A DNA stretch of 64,000 nucleotides from Chlorobiales bacterium Clorobi_01 (GTDB taxonomy: Bacteria > Bacteroidota > Chlorobiia > Chlorobiales > Chlorobiaceae). A program made the translations under genes and the position numbers. This document shows positions 53,900-62,658 of this stretch, piece by piece (position 1 is the stretch's first letter; each line of letters opens with the position of its first letter). The stretch covers positions 632,438 through 696,437 of the forward strand of contig LUZT01000006.1 in assembly GCA_001602925.1 (NCBI GenBank), read 5' to 3'. Below the pieces are notes generated by a model. It ran no database searches, was not told the DNA's origin, and saw nothing but the letters and a program-made list of their open reading frames with translations.

Positions 53900-54586
53900 A
53901 TGGGCAGATTAATCGAAGAAATCTACGTCTGGCGTCTGCCGGTTCGGCTTTACCACTGGATCAATGCGTTCAGCATCGTTGCGTTGGTGGTTACCGGCCT
54001 GTATATCGCCTCTCCGGTGATCAATCCGCCGCTTGGTGAAGCGGTCTGGCAGCACAACTTCGTGATGTGGCGGTACGTTCACTACTGCGTGGCCTTCGTG
54101 TTCACCGGCAACTTTCTGTACAGGATGTACTACGCGTTGCTTTCGGACGATCGATATGCAAAGTTCGGTGGATTCAGGCCGTGGTCGCCCGCATGGTGGG
54201 GCAAGCCGTTCAGGGAGCAGGTCGAATCTTACCTGTTTCTGAGGCAGGACGAGCCGAACTACGTTGGTCACAACCCGGTTGCGGCGCTGGCACATTTCAT
54301 TTTCATTTTCTGCGGTTCGACCTTCATGATTCTGACCGGCATGGCCATGTACGCCGAGAATCGTCCCGGCAGCTTCATGGACGCTGCGTTTGGCTGGGTG
54401 CTGCCTTTGTTCGGCAGCAGTTATAACCTGCACTACGCGCACCATATCGCTGCATGGATCTTTCCGTTCTACGTGATCGTGCATCTCTATGCTGTATTCC
54501 GTCACGACATCGTGGATCGTACCAGCGTGACCTCGTCCATCATCACCGGCTACAAGCACAAGGTGGAAGACGAAGCAGCGGCGTGA
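53900..54586 (+). CDS. hupC: Hydrogenase b-type cytochrome subunit
   Basis: YVWRLPVRLYHW, RYVHY, GHNPVA, AHHIAAW, VHLYAVFR. Confidence 0.95.
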   Translation: MGRLIEEIYVWRLPVRLYHWINAFSIVALVVTGLYIASPVINPPLGEAVWQHNFVMWRYVHYCVAFVFTGNFLYRMYYALLSDDRYAKFGGFRPWSPAWWGKPFREQVESYLFLRQDEPNYVGHNPVAALAHFIFIFCGSTFMILTGMAMYAENRPGSFMDAAFGWVLPLFGSSYNLHYAHHIAAWIFPFYVIVHLYAVFRHDIVDRTSVTSSIITGYKHKVEDEAAA

Positions 54587-54621
54587 AGAGAGAATTATGA
54601 ATTGAAGCGTTGGAGTGGGTT

Positions 54622-54647
54622 GTAGGGGCGGACCGGTGTGTCCGCCC
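54622..54647 (+). repeat. GTAG-type REP element
   Basis: GTAG followed by the palindrome GGGCGGAC-CGGTGT-GTCCGCCC, between hupC and hupD. Confidence 0.65.
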
Positions 54648-54710
54648 TTGGTTTTATCCAATAAGACCTAAACGGCCTATTAGATCTATAATTTCCCAGA
54701 GCACACTTTC

Positions 54711-55178
54711 TTGAAAAAAATCAACGTAGTCGGTCTTGGCAATATTCTTTTCGGTGATGAAGGTTTCGGCGTGGAGGTGGTTCGGGCGCTGGAGGCTTCC
54801 GGCGATTGGCCGGAAACGGTGCAGTTCGTGGATGGTGGCACGCAGGGGTTGTACCTGCTCGACTATTTCGAGTCGTGCGACGCGCTGATGGTGTTCGATT
54901 CGATCATCCCGGTTGAGTTCGAGCCGAAAGTCTATTGTTATCGTAAAGAAGAGCTTCCTGCTTTCATTCACCGCAAAATGTCAGCTCATCAGATGGGCCT
55001 GAGCGAACTGCTCGCCGTGGCCCGGCTGCATGGGCGGGAACCGTCGGAGATCGTGCTCATCGGTGCGCCACCGCACGATCTCGGACTGGGCAACCCACTG
55101 AGCGAGCCGATGCTCCGGCATCTGGCGCGGGCCGTCGAAACAGGGCGCGAGTTGCTTGAAGAGTGGCTGGTAAAGTAA
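54711..55178 (+). CDS. hupD: Hydrogenase maturation endopeptidase
   Basis: VVGLGNILFGDEGFG, DGGTQG, SAHQ; TTG start. Confidence 0.94.
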   Translation: MKKINVVGLGNILFGDEGFGVEVVRALEASGDWPETVQFVDGGTQGLYLLDYFESCDALMVFDSIIPVEFEPKVYCYRKEELPAFIHRKMSAHQMGLSELLAVARLHGREPSEIVLIGAPPHDLGLGNPLSEPMLRHLARAVETGRELLEEWLVK

Positions 55179-55258
55179 AGGCATCCGGTTTTCCTTGCGT
55201 TGCAGGGGAGAGTCGGATGCCTCATCGCTTTCAGCTGTAAAGAAATGCTGACGTGTGG

Positions 55259-55933
55259 TCAGCGGTTGCCGATCAGGCGCAGGAACTCGCTTCGGGTAGA
55301 CTGGCTGGTCATGAAATCTCCGGACATGGCGGAGGTTGTCGTCACCGAGTTCTGCTTCTCCACGCCGCGCATCACCATGCACATGTGTGTCGCTTCGATT
55401 ACCACGGCCACACCGCGCGGGTTGAGCACATTCTGAATGGCGTCCCTGATCTGCTGGGTCAGCCGCTCCTGTACCTGCAAGCGCCGCGCGAACACCTCTA
55501 CGACTCTCGGAATCTTCGATAAGCCCACGATCTTGCCATCGGGAATGTAGGCCACGTGTGCCTTGCCGAAGAAGGGGAGCATGTGGTGTTCGCACATCGA
55601 GTAAATGTCGATGTCCTTCACCAGCACCATCTCGTCGTACGACTCTGTGAACACCGCTTTTTTGAGCAACTGCTCCGGATCCTGCCGGTATCCCTTCGTC
55701 AGGAATCGCAGGGATTTGGCAACCCGCTCGGGTGTCAGGAGCAATCCTTCGCGCTCCGGATCCTCGCCAACCCCTTTCAGCAAGCTGTATACGGCGTCGG
55801 CCATCGACCCGAGCGCCTCCTCGTCACGATCATGCGACTCGTCGAAGCACTCGTCGAGATCGCATGATGCCAGATGTGACTGCCCGATACGGTTATTCTC
55901 CACGGTAGGTGACACTGTTTTTTCCTGTTTCAT
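55259..55933 (-). CDS. folE: GTP cyclohydrolase I
   Basis: [44 protein letters not shown]. Confidence 0.98.
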   Translation of the reverse strand: MKQEKTVSPTVENNRIGQSHLASCDLDECFDESHDRDEEALGSMADAVYSLLKGVGEDPEREGLLLTPERVAKSLRFLTKGYRQDPEQLLKKAVFTESYDEMVLVKDIDIYSMCEHHMLPFFGKAHVAYIPDGKIVGLSKIPRVVEVFARRLQVQERLTQQIRDAIQNVLNPRGVAVVIEATHMCMVMRGVEKQNSVTTTSAMSGDFMTSQSTRSEFLRLIGNR

Positions 55934-56345
55934 GTATTATGACTTCATGGAGGCTAACCTCCTGTTTGGTAATGGTTTTCAGCCGGGATTCGAGAATCTC
56001 CCAGACGATGACGGCAAGAATCTCTGTTGTCGGGACGTGGCCTGCAAGTTCGTTGACCTCATGGTTCAGATGCCGGTGGTCGAACCGTGCCACAATCTCC
56101 TCTTCAAGAATTTTCTTCAGCTCCTTGAGATCGAACAAATAACCGGTTTTCCGGTCAATGATGCCCGATAGGGTGATTTCAAGCAGATAGTTGTGCCCAT
56201 GTCCATACTTACCAGAGCATTTTCCATAGAGCTGCCGGTTTTCCTCGTCCGATAGCTCCGGATTGAACAGACGGTGGGCGGCATTGAACTCGATTTGGCG
56301 TGTAACGTAAATTTTTCTCGGCTTTTCGAGGATGTCGTTCATCAA
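55893..56345 (-). CDS. queD: 6-carboxytetrahydropterin synthase / PTPS family
   Basis: [34 protein letters not shown]. QueD versus a folate-pathway PTPS role cannot be resolved here. Confidence 0.85.
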   Translation of the reverse strand: MMNDILEKPRKIYVTRQIEFNAAHRLFNPELSDEENRQLYGKCSGKYGHGHNYLLEITLSGIIDRKTGYLFDLKELKKILEEEIVARFDHRHLNHEVNELAGHVPTTEILAVIVWEILESRLKTITKQEVSLHEVIIHETGKNSVTYRGE

Positions 56346-56658
56346 GGGTATCGCTGGTGTTTCATTGACTGTCTTCCAGCATCTGCCGGATGACGGGGAT
56401 TCGATGTGATTTTTCAGTTTAACCCGGCCTGCCAGTTATAAGTTTCAGCGTTCAGACAGCTGAAAACACCATACTCTTCAGCGTTTGGTGACAACGATAC
56501 AACATCTGGCGGTGGAAATGAAACGGTAAAAGGGGAATGCCTGTTGTTAACACCAAAAACGCCGGAGCTTTCGTTGTGTTGAACGGCTCAGGCAATTAGA
56601 TTTACTCGTCGTGACAGTGGTGATGCGAAGATTTCACGAACAAACAATCCAACCTCTT

Positions 56659-56964
56659 ATGGCGCAAACACTTGACGATCTTATCAGGACAAGCGAACTT
56701 CCCGTATTCATCGATTTCTGGGCCGACTGGTGCGGGCCCTGTAAAATGGTGGCTCCATCCGTCAAACAGCTCGCCAGCGAGTTCAAGGGACGGCTGACCG
56801 TGGTCAAGGTCAACGTCGATCAGCAGCCTGACGCGGCGGCCCGCTTCCAGGTTCAGGGTATTCCGGCTCTTATGCTTTTTGTTGGTGGCCAGCTTAAATG
56901 GCGCACTGCCGGAGCGATGCCCTACCAGCAAATGCGCCAGGAAGTACTAAAGGCGATCGGGTGA
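56659..56964 (+). CDS. trxA: Thioredoxin
   Basis: DFWADWCGPCK active site; VQGIP. Confidence 0.95.
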   Translation: MAQTLDDLIRTSELPVFIDFWADWCGPCKMVAPSVKQLASEFKGRLTVVKVNVDQQPDAAARFQVQGIPALMLFVGGQLKWRTAGAMPYQQMRQEVLKAIG

Positions 56965-57022
56965 CGGGGAGCTATTGCTGTTCTTGACGGGACTGGACAA
57001 GGTGGACAGAGGGAACTAACAA

Positions 57023-57049
57023 TGAGGGCGGCCATTGGAGCCGCCCTCA
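57023..57049. terminator. Hairpin between convergent thioredoxin and peptidase genes
   Basis: TGAGGGCGGC / GCCGCCCTCA perfect stem. Confidence 0.6.
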
Positions 57050-57059
57050 TTGTTGAATA

Positions 57060-57755
57060 TCAATCATTTCGTCGGTTCATCACCATCACGTAGTAAAGTA
57101 ACTGCATGATCGCCTGTGCGGCGGCAGCTACGTAGGTCAGAGCGGCGGCGTCAAGCACGGCGTTTACGCCTGCCATCTCACGCTGCGAAACGATGCCCTG
57201 TGAAACCAGCAACTCCTTGGCGCGTCGGCTGGCATCGAATTCCACCGGCAGCGTCACCAAAGCGAACAGTGCCGTTCCTGCGAAGAGAATGATTCCCGCC
57301 CACGCCAGCGAGCTTCCAAGCACGCCGTGCATGAACAGGCCTATCATGAACAGGATCGGCCCGAGATTGCTGCCGATAGAGACTACGGGCACCATTGCCG
57401 ATCGGATGGCGAGCGGCGAGTAGTTTACCTTGTCCTGCAAGGCGTGTCCGGCCTCATGGGCGGCTACACCCACCGATGCGATGCTTGGCAGACTGTAGAC
57501 CTCCTCGCTGAGGCGAAGCACTTTTTGGCGCGGGTCGTAGTGGTCGGAGAGCATTCCCCGGGTCATTTCGACGTTTACATTGCCCAAACCACCACGCTGG
57601 AGAAGACGCAGGGCCGCCTGTGCGCCGGTAACGCCGCTCTGGGTTGCCACCTGCGAATATTTCTTGAACGCCGATTTCACCTTGAACTGCGCCCAGATGC
57701 CAAGGAGCAGCGGGGGCAAGGCGAAGAAAAAATATGCCGGATCGAAATAAAACAT
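57060..57755 (-). CDS. Putative neutral zinc metallopeptidase (YugP-like)
   Basis: LSDHYDP, VAAHEAGHALQ (HExxH), TLPVEFDAS, AAALTYVAA. Confidence 0.93.
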   Translation of the reverse strand: MFYFDPAYFFFALPPLLLGIWAQFKVKSAFKKYSQVATQSGVTGAQAALRLLQRGGLGNVNVEMTRGMLSDHYDPRQKVLRLSEEVYSLPSIASVGVAAHEAGHALQDKVNYSPLAIRSAMVPVVSIGSNLGPILFMIGLFMHGVLGSSLAWAGIILFAGTALFALVTLPVEFDASRRAKELLVSQGIVSQREMAGVNAVLDAAALTYVAAAAQAIMQLLYYVMVMNRRND

Positions 57756-57974
57756 GGTTCTATCGAAAAATTGTTGAACGGTTTTGAACGGTAAATCTGC
57801 CAAAAAAACAACAGAGGGGCAAGAATCTTTTCGATGAGTAGTGGCTGAGGCTGGTGCTCATCGTATTGAATCGGCCATTTGTCCCAGATTTAGACGATAA
57901 ACATTCGAGTCTCTTGCATTGCGCAAGCGGGCAATAAAAAAAGCCGCCCTATACTGACTGGACGGCTTTTTTAG

Positions 57975-58047
<73 letters not shown>

Positions 58048-58305
58048 ATGTTATGGCTCTAAATCTAAGAGAATAATCGGATTATGCAACTGAAAATTTG
58101 GGAGGTGTTGAAAATATTATTTGTGAGGTCATTTTGGGCTGTCAGTGTTGTTTTCCCTGGCCAATTCAGCCCGATATGATGGACGCCCGTCCCATGGTTT
58201 CCCCTGAAATGCGAAACGTCCGAAAAGATGCTGATTATTCCGGGCGTTTTGGCCTCTATGGTTCTAAGGATTGCCTGGCTTGGTCGGCATAATCCTTACG
58301 CGCTC

Positions 58306-58578
58306 TCAATTTTGTGTGGCAGGCGGATCGTACTGCTTCAGGTCATTCGGATCGACGACACCTTCCTTGCCGCTCAGGTCGACAGGCGTGTCTGAATTGG
58401 TGTCGAATCCCTGGCTGGAGCCATACTTCGCACCTTCGTCGGTGGGTTCCCTGGTTGCGGCTTCGCTGTCTCTCGATGTGTCCCTCAATTGATCATACGC
58501 GCTTTCTGCATGCAGATTCGTTTGTGCGAGTGTTCCTGAAACTGCAAGAATCAGCAACATGCCGAATACTTTTTTCAT
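58306..58578 (-). CDS. Small secreted acidic hypothetical protein
   Basis: Signal-peptide-like MKKVFGMLLILAVSGTLA followed by a D/E/S/T-rich mature region. Confidence 0.7.
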   Translation of the reverse strand: MKKVFGMLLILAVSGTLAQTNLHAESAYDQLRDTSRDSEAATREPTDEGAKYGSSQGFDTNSDTPVDLSGKEGVVDPNDLKQYDPPATQN

Positions 58579-58823
58579 CGCCGTAAAATTGAGATTGTTT
58601 TTTGTACAGATTACACAAGAACAATGCTTATAATATAAAGTTAGACTATAAATTAGTTAAGCTCTTTTTCCAATCTGATGTGATCAATCAGTTTCTGATT
58701 GCATCGTTACAACCTCTTCCTCAAGGTCAGCTTTTCCGGACCAGTCGCTGTAAGCGGCAAAGAAGCAGGGGGCACCTCATGCAGGTCGGTTCTGGTTGCG
58801 CCATCCAACCGGTTTCATGTCAT

Positions 58824-59843
58824 ATGAAGTACGCCGTTCAAAGAATTTCGAGGCTGATTTCTCTGCTCTTCGTTCTGACCTTTTTCCATGATACCGTGTC
58901 TGCGATTCCTTTGTCTCCAGGGCCACGTCAGCCCGGCGAGGTTATTCTTGAGGAAGTGGTGGCCGGGTCGGGTGGATTTGTTGTTCGCGTGGGCAGCAAC
59001 GGATGCACCAGCAAAAACTCGTTCGAGGTGCTGGTGAACAAAAAACCGGGCCTTACTGATCTCGCGCCGCACTACGAACTGACGATTGTCCGCAAGGTGC
59101 CAGATGAGTGCAAGGCGATTGTCGAGGATGGCACTGTGATTGCGTATGATCTGAAGCAGGATCTCGGCATCTCTGGTCACTACACCTATACCATTACCAA
59201 TCCCGTTTATTCGCCGCGCCCATACGCGGATACGAGTGATTACTATCTGCCTAATGCCTTGAAGGATGCGGTGCCTGATTTTCCCAAGGTTACAGAGGTG
59301 CGCCCCGAGCCATTCGAGAAGTACACTGCCAGGCCGGACTTTTTTTCCTGCCTCGTGCCTGTGGACTGGACGCGGAGTGCCGCCGATCCGGAAGGTGACG
59401 CAAAAGCCGGGATTTATCAGGTTCAGCTCACCAGAGACGGGCTTGCCAGGCCGGAGGATGGTGAAAAGTACTCTTTTCCGCGTCCACTCATCTATGTCGG
59501 CTACTATGCCCTCGGCAACCGTGAGGGAAAAACGTATGCAAACTATCTGGCCGATTACGACCGGCTGATGCGCAAGAACACGGGCAGCAAACAGTCATCG
59601 TACAGCAAACCTGTGAAGACGACGGTCGCTGGGCTTGAGGCGACTGTTACCGATTACGAGGTCTGGCAGGCGCTTCCGCGTGGCCCGCTGTTTACCACAA
59701 AGTACTGGCTGAAGGCTCGTTTCGTGGTTGTCAAAGCAAGGCAGGGATTTTATGTGCTGGCATTCAAAAGTCCAAAAGAGTTCTATAATCAGAGCTTCCC
59801 CACATTCCAGGCGGTGCTTGACTCCTTCGTTCCCAAACGGTAA
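58824..59843 (+). CDS. Secreted two-domain hypothetical protein (C-terminal PsbP/Mog1-like)
   Basis: Signal-like N-terminus; SNGCT...PDECKA domain; C-terminal FSCLVPVDW...YVLAFKS...FQAVLDSF pattern. Fold assignment by eye. Confidence 0.6.
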   Translation: MKYAVQRISRLISLLFVLTFFHDTVSAIPLSPGPRQPGEVILEEVVAGSGGFVVRVGSNGCTSKNSFEVLVNKKPGLTDLAPHYELTIVRKVPDECKAIVEDGTVIAYDLKQDLGISGHYTYTITNPVYSPRPYADTSDYYLPNALKDAVPDFPKVTEVRPEPFEKYTARPDFFSCLVPVDWTRSAADPEGDAKAGIYQVQLTRDGLARPEDGEKYSFPRPLIYVGYYALGNREGKTYANYLADYDRLMRKNTGSKQSSYSKPVKTTVAGLEATVTDYEVWQALPRGPLFTTKYWLKARFVVVKARQGFYVLAFKSPKEFYNQSFPTFQAVLDSFVPKR

Positions 59844-59855
59844 AACGACTTCGCC

Positions 59856-60233
59856 ATGCCGGATATCAGGATAAAACCGACGCGCTCCACGTTGACCATG
59901 ATGCGAATTGCGTCGTTTATCGTGGCGCTTGTCGGCGCGGGTATGATCGCGGGCGTTGTGAGCAACGGCCTGCTCGAAGAGGGGGGCGTGTTTGTCATCA
60001 TCTGGATCGCGGCCTGCGTTGCGATCATCGGCTTCGCGCTCTTCATGGCTTTTAGCCAAAAGGTGAGCCATGACGGGATCGTCAGCATCGAAGATGCGGG
60101 GGAGTCGCAATCCGCCTCTGATGCCCAAAGCGTGGAGGCTCGGCTGAAAACGCTTGACGGGCTCAAGCGTCAAAAGCTCATAAGTGACGAGGAGTACCGG
60201 AAGCAGCGGGAGAAGATCATTCAAAGCGTGTGA
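59856..60233 (+). CDS. Two-TM membrane protein with C-terminal SHOCT domain
   Basis: Two hydrophobic helices, then VEARLKTLDGLKRQKLISDEEYRKQREKII. Confidence 0.85.
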   Translation: MPDIRIKPTRSTLTMMRIASFIVALVGAGMIAGVVSNGLLEEGGVFVIIWIAACVAIIGFALFMAFSQKVSHDGIVSIEDAGESQSASDAQSVEARLKTLDGLKRQKLISDEEYRKQREKIIQSV

Positions 60234-60269
60234 TTTTGCTGACTTCGTCAATCAAACAAAGGAGTGGGA

Positions 60270-60665
60270 ATGAACAATCAGATCGACAGGCCGGAAGGGG
60301 AGCTTCGTTCCAGATTGGCCAGAGGCGAGCGGTTGCTTGACATCGGGCAGAAGCTTGGCATCGCGATTCCGGCGGGGCTGCTGCTTTTCTGCGGCGTGAA
60401 CGCTTCGGCGATGACTCGCGATGCTGTGAAAATATCCTTTTCGCCGGACGCCGCGCGCGAGAACGAGGTGGCCCGGCATCTCACGGAGATTACGAACAAT
60501 CCGGGCGGCGTGCGGCTTGCCGACCAGGGCAATCCACTGCACGAAAACACCCATGTCGATACCAACAGTCCCGATGTGCATAGTGATTATTCGGACAGCG
60601 GCAAGCACACCAACTCGCATGGTAACGTGCATACCAATACACACGGCGACGTGAATCGCTACTGA
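60270..60665 (+). CDS. Putative RiPP precursor with His/Tyr-X-Asp/Asn repeats
   Basis: AAGGAG SD 5 nt before the ATG; 131 aa; C-terminus HENTHVDTNSPDVHSDYSDSGKHTNSHGNVHTNTHGDVNRY; stop 3 nt before the rSAM gene. Confidence 0.8.
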   Translation: MNNQIDRPEGELRSRLARGERLLDIGQKLGIAIPAGLLLFCGVNASAMTRDAVKISFSPDAARENEVARHLTEITNNPGGVRLADQGNPLHENTHVDTNSPDVHSDYSDSGKHTNSHGNVHTNTHGDVNRY

Positions 60666-60668
60666 ACG

Positions 60669-61862
60669 ATGCCCGGTATGAAGACCAGAGAGGAGTTTCT
60701 CGAAAAACTCGCTCAGGCGGGCAAGCTGATCCTGATTTTTCAACTGACCGATCAGTGTGTGCTTTCGTGCCGGTATTGCTTCGCGAAAGGCTCCCATCCA
60801 TCCGGAGGCCTTCGCATTGCCGATGACCTGCTCGAAGCGGCCATCCGGAGCGCGTTCGATACGCGCCACCGTGAAGTCTCCTTCGAGTGGACGGGAGGAG
60901 AGCCGTTTTTCGCAGGCATCGATTTTTATCGCAAGGTCGATCGCCTCCAGAAAAAGTACGCCACCAAGCCCTACGCGAATACCATTCAGACGAGTGGCTA
61001 TGTGCATGACCGGGAGTTGATCGCCTGGCTTGCCGGGCACGGTTTTCACATCTCCTCGACCATCGACGGCCCGCCGGAACTGCATGATTTCCAGCGCCCT
61101 GCGAACGGCGGGGGCCCGTCGCTCGCCACGGTGCTCGCAACGCGCGAAACGATCATCGAGCATCAGGGGCACTGTGGCTGCATCTGCACGGTCACGCGGA
61201 ACAGTCTCGGCAAGGAGGGGGCGATTCTTGATTACTACCGTTCGCTCGGCATTGAAGCCTTTCACAGCAATCCGTATCACTATTTTTCCGAAAATCTTGT
61301 TGGCGACGAAAGTCTCGCGCTCGATGCTGACGGCTACGCCGCGTATTTCATCGCCCAGTTCAACGCCTGGTTCGAGGGCGGGCGCAAGCTCCCGATGCCC
61401 GGCACGCTCAACTACATTCTGCGCTCGCTGGCTGCAGGAGCCGGGTTGAAGCAGTCGGTCTGCACCTTCGGCGGGCGCTGCCTGACCAATTTTCTGGCCA
61501 TCACGCCCGATGGCGATGCGTGGCTTTGCCCCAAGTTCGCGGGTTTCGATGAGATGCGTCTCGGCAACGTTGGCAAGATGGCTATCACCGACATCCTTTC
61601 TGACGCCAATCCCGCCATGGCGCGCCTCATCGACGAGCGCCTTGAGGCGATGCACACCTGCGAAGCGGATGAGTGCCGCTTCCAGTACCTCTGCAACGCG
61701 GGGTGTCCCTACTACTCTTTCATCGCCAGCGGAGGCCGGAACATCGCCGCGAAGGATTCCCTTTGCACAGGCAAGCAGCTGCTCTTCGAATACCTCGAAT
61801 CGGTGGTCGAACTGATCGATCCCGCCCAGCTTTCCGAACCTAGACCCCTCGAACATGCGTAA
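60669..61862 (+). CDS. Radical SAM / SPASM domain peptide maturase
   Basis: CVLSCRYC (CxxxCxxC), WTGGEP, SPASM cysteines Cx5Cx15C and Cx4Cx5Cx3Cx19C. Confidence 0.93.
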   Translation: MPGMKTREEFLEKLAQAGKLILIFQLTDQCVLSCRYCFAKGSHPSGGLRIADDLLEAAIRSAFDTRHREVSFEWTGGEPFFAGIDFYRKVDRLQKKYATKPYANTIQTSGYVHDRELIAWLAGHGFHISSTIDGPPELHDFQRPANGGGPSLATVLATRETIIEHQGHCGCICTVTRNSLGKEGAILDYYRSLGIEAFHSNPYHYFSENLVGDESLALDADGYAAYFIAQFNAWFEGGRKLPMPGTLNYILRSLAAGAGLKQSVCTFGGRCLTNFLAITPDGDAWLCPKFAGFDEMRLGNVGKMAITDILSDANPAMARLIDERLEAMHTCEADECRFQYLCNAGCPYYSFIASGGRNIAAKDSLCTGKQLLFEYLESVVELIDPAQLSEPRPLEHA

Positions 61863-62658
61863 CATTATCCGTCGCGCGGAGGCTGTCCGCCATCTTTTCG
61901 TCGTCGCGTTGCTCGCTCTGCTTCTTCTGCCCGTCGATGTCCCGGCCCGCATGGCCGAACGCATGGCTGATCCGGTTGGCAAGACCGACTCCTATTTTTC
62001 CGATAACGGAGTATGGGAAGTTGCGATCACCTACGGGAACCTCTTCCACTCGTGGAGCCTGAAGAAAAACGGGCAGGAGCTCTGGCATCACGCACTCATG
62101 GACGAACCCGGCAGCGCGGCGGTTTCGGACAACGGCGAGGTGATCACGTTGCCGCTCTGGGGCTGGCGCGACGAGGGTGGTTCGAGCGGGATCGCCGTGT
62201 ACAACGGTCAGGGTGAACCGGTTCGGGAGATCATGTTCCGAAACGCGGACGGCAGTGAGAGCCTGCGCTGGGTGCGCCGGATAGCGATTGCTCCCGAAGG
62301 CTCGTGCATCGCCATCGGCGAGAACAGGCGGGAGGCTGCGCTGGTAACGATGTTCGATGTAACCAGTGGCAACATTGTCTGGGAAACGAATGCCGGTTTG
62401 CCGGAGATTGATGATGTCAGGGTGAGCGCCAAGGGTGAATATACGCTTGCCGCCACTTCAAAGTATGGCACCGGCAATATGGAGTTTCTGCTCTTCGACA
62501 AGCATGGAACAGCGATATGGAGCGAAAAGCGATCTGGAAATCTCTCGTTGGATGTAAAAATGTATGTCAGATTTCTTGCCGACGGCAAAGGTTTTGAGAT
62601 ATACGATCTGAAGTCCAAATCCTGGATGAAACGGCGATTTCCCGCTCAGAAACATTGA
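61855..62658 (+). CDS. Secreted beta-propeller-like hypothetical protein
   Basis: Hydrophobic N-terminal signal; blade-like repeats (AAVSDNGE, IAIAPEGS, VRVSAKGE, VRFLADGK); start overlaps the rSAM stop. Confidence 0.6.
   Translation: MRNIIRRAEAVRHLFVVALLALLLLPVDVPARMAERMADPVGKTDSYFSDNGVWEVAITYGNLFHSWSLKKNGQELWHHALMDEPGSAAVSDNGEVITLPLWGWRDEGGSSGIAVYNGQGEPVREIMFRNADGSESLRWVRRIAIAPEGSCIAIGENRREAALVTMFDVTSGNIVWETNAGLPEIDDVRVSAKGEYTLAATSKYGTGNMEFLLFDKHGTAIWSEKRSGNLSLDVKMYVRFLADGKGFEIYDLKSKSWMKRRFPAQKH

Noticed and set aside
56346-56658. preQ1 or ZTP riboswitch upstream of queD-folE
   Set aside because: Reverse complement read by eye shows neither consensus; cannot be excluded without a covariance search.
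60540-60665. CRISPR or DNA tandem repeat in the His-rich segment
   Set aside because: Periodicity exists only at the amino-acid level with synonymous codon variation; no repeat-spacer array or cas genes anywhere in the window.
60669-61862. Anaerobic sulfatase maturase as the rSAM function
   Set aside because: Motifs are anSME-like, but no sulfatase is visible in the window and the gene is coupled to a repeat-bearing peptide; disfavoured rather than excluded.
60252-61982. 576-aa minus-strand ORF opposite the precursor/rSAM genes
   Set aside because: Antisense shadow of GC-rich coding sequence with no motifs; the plus strand carries clear rSAM/SPASM motifs.
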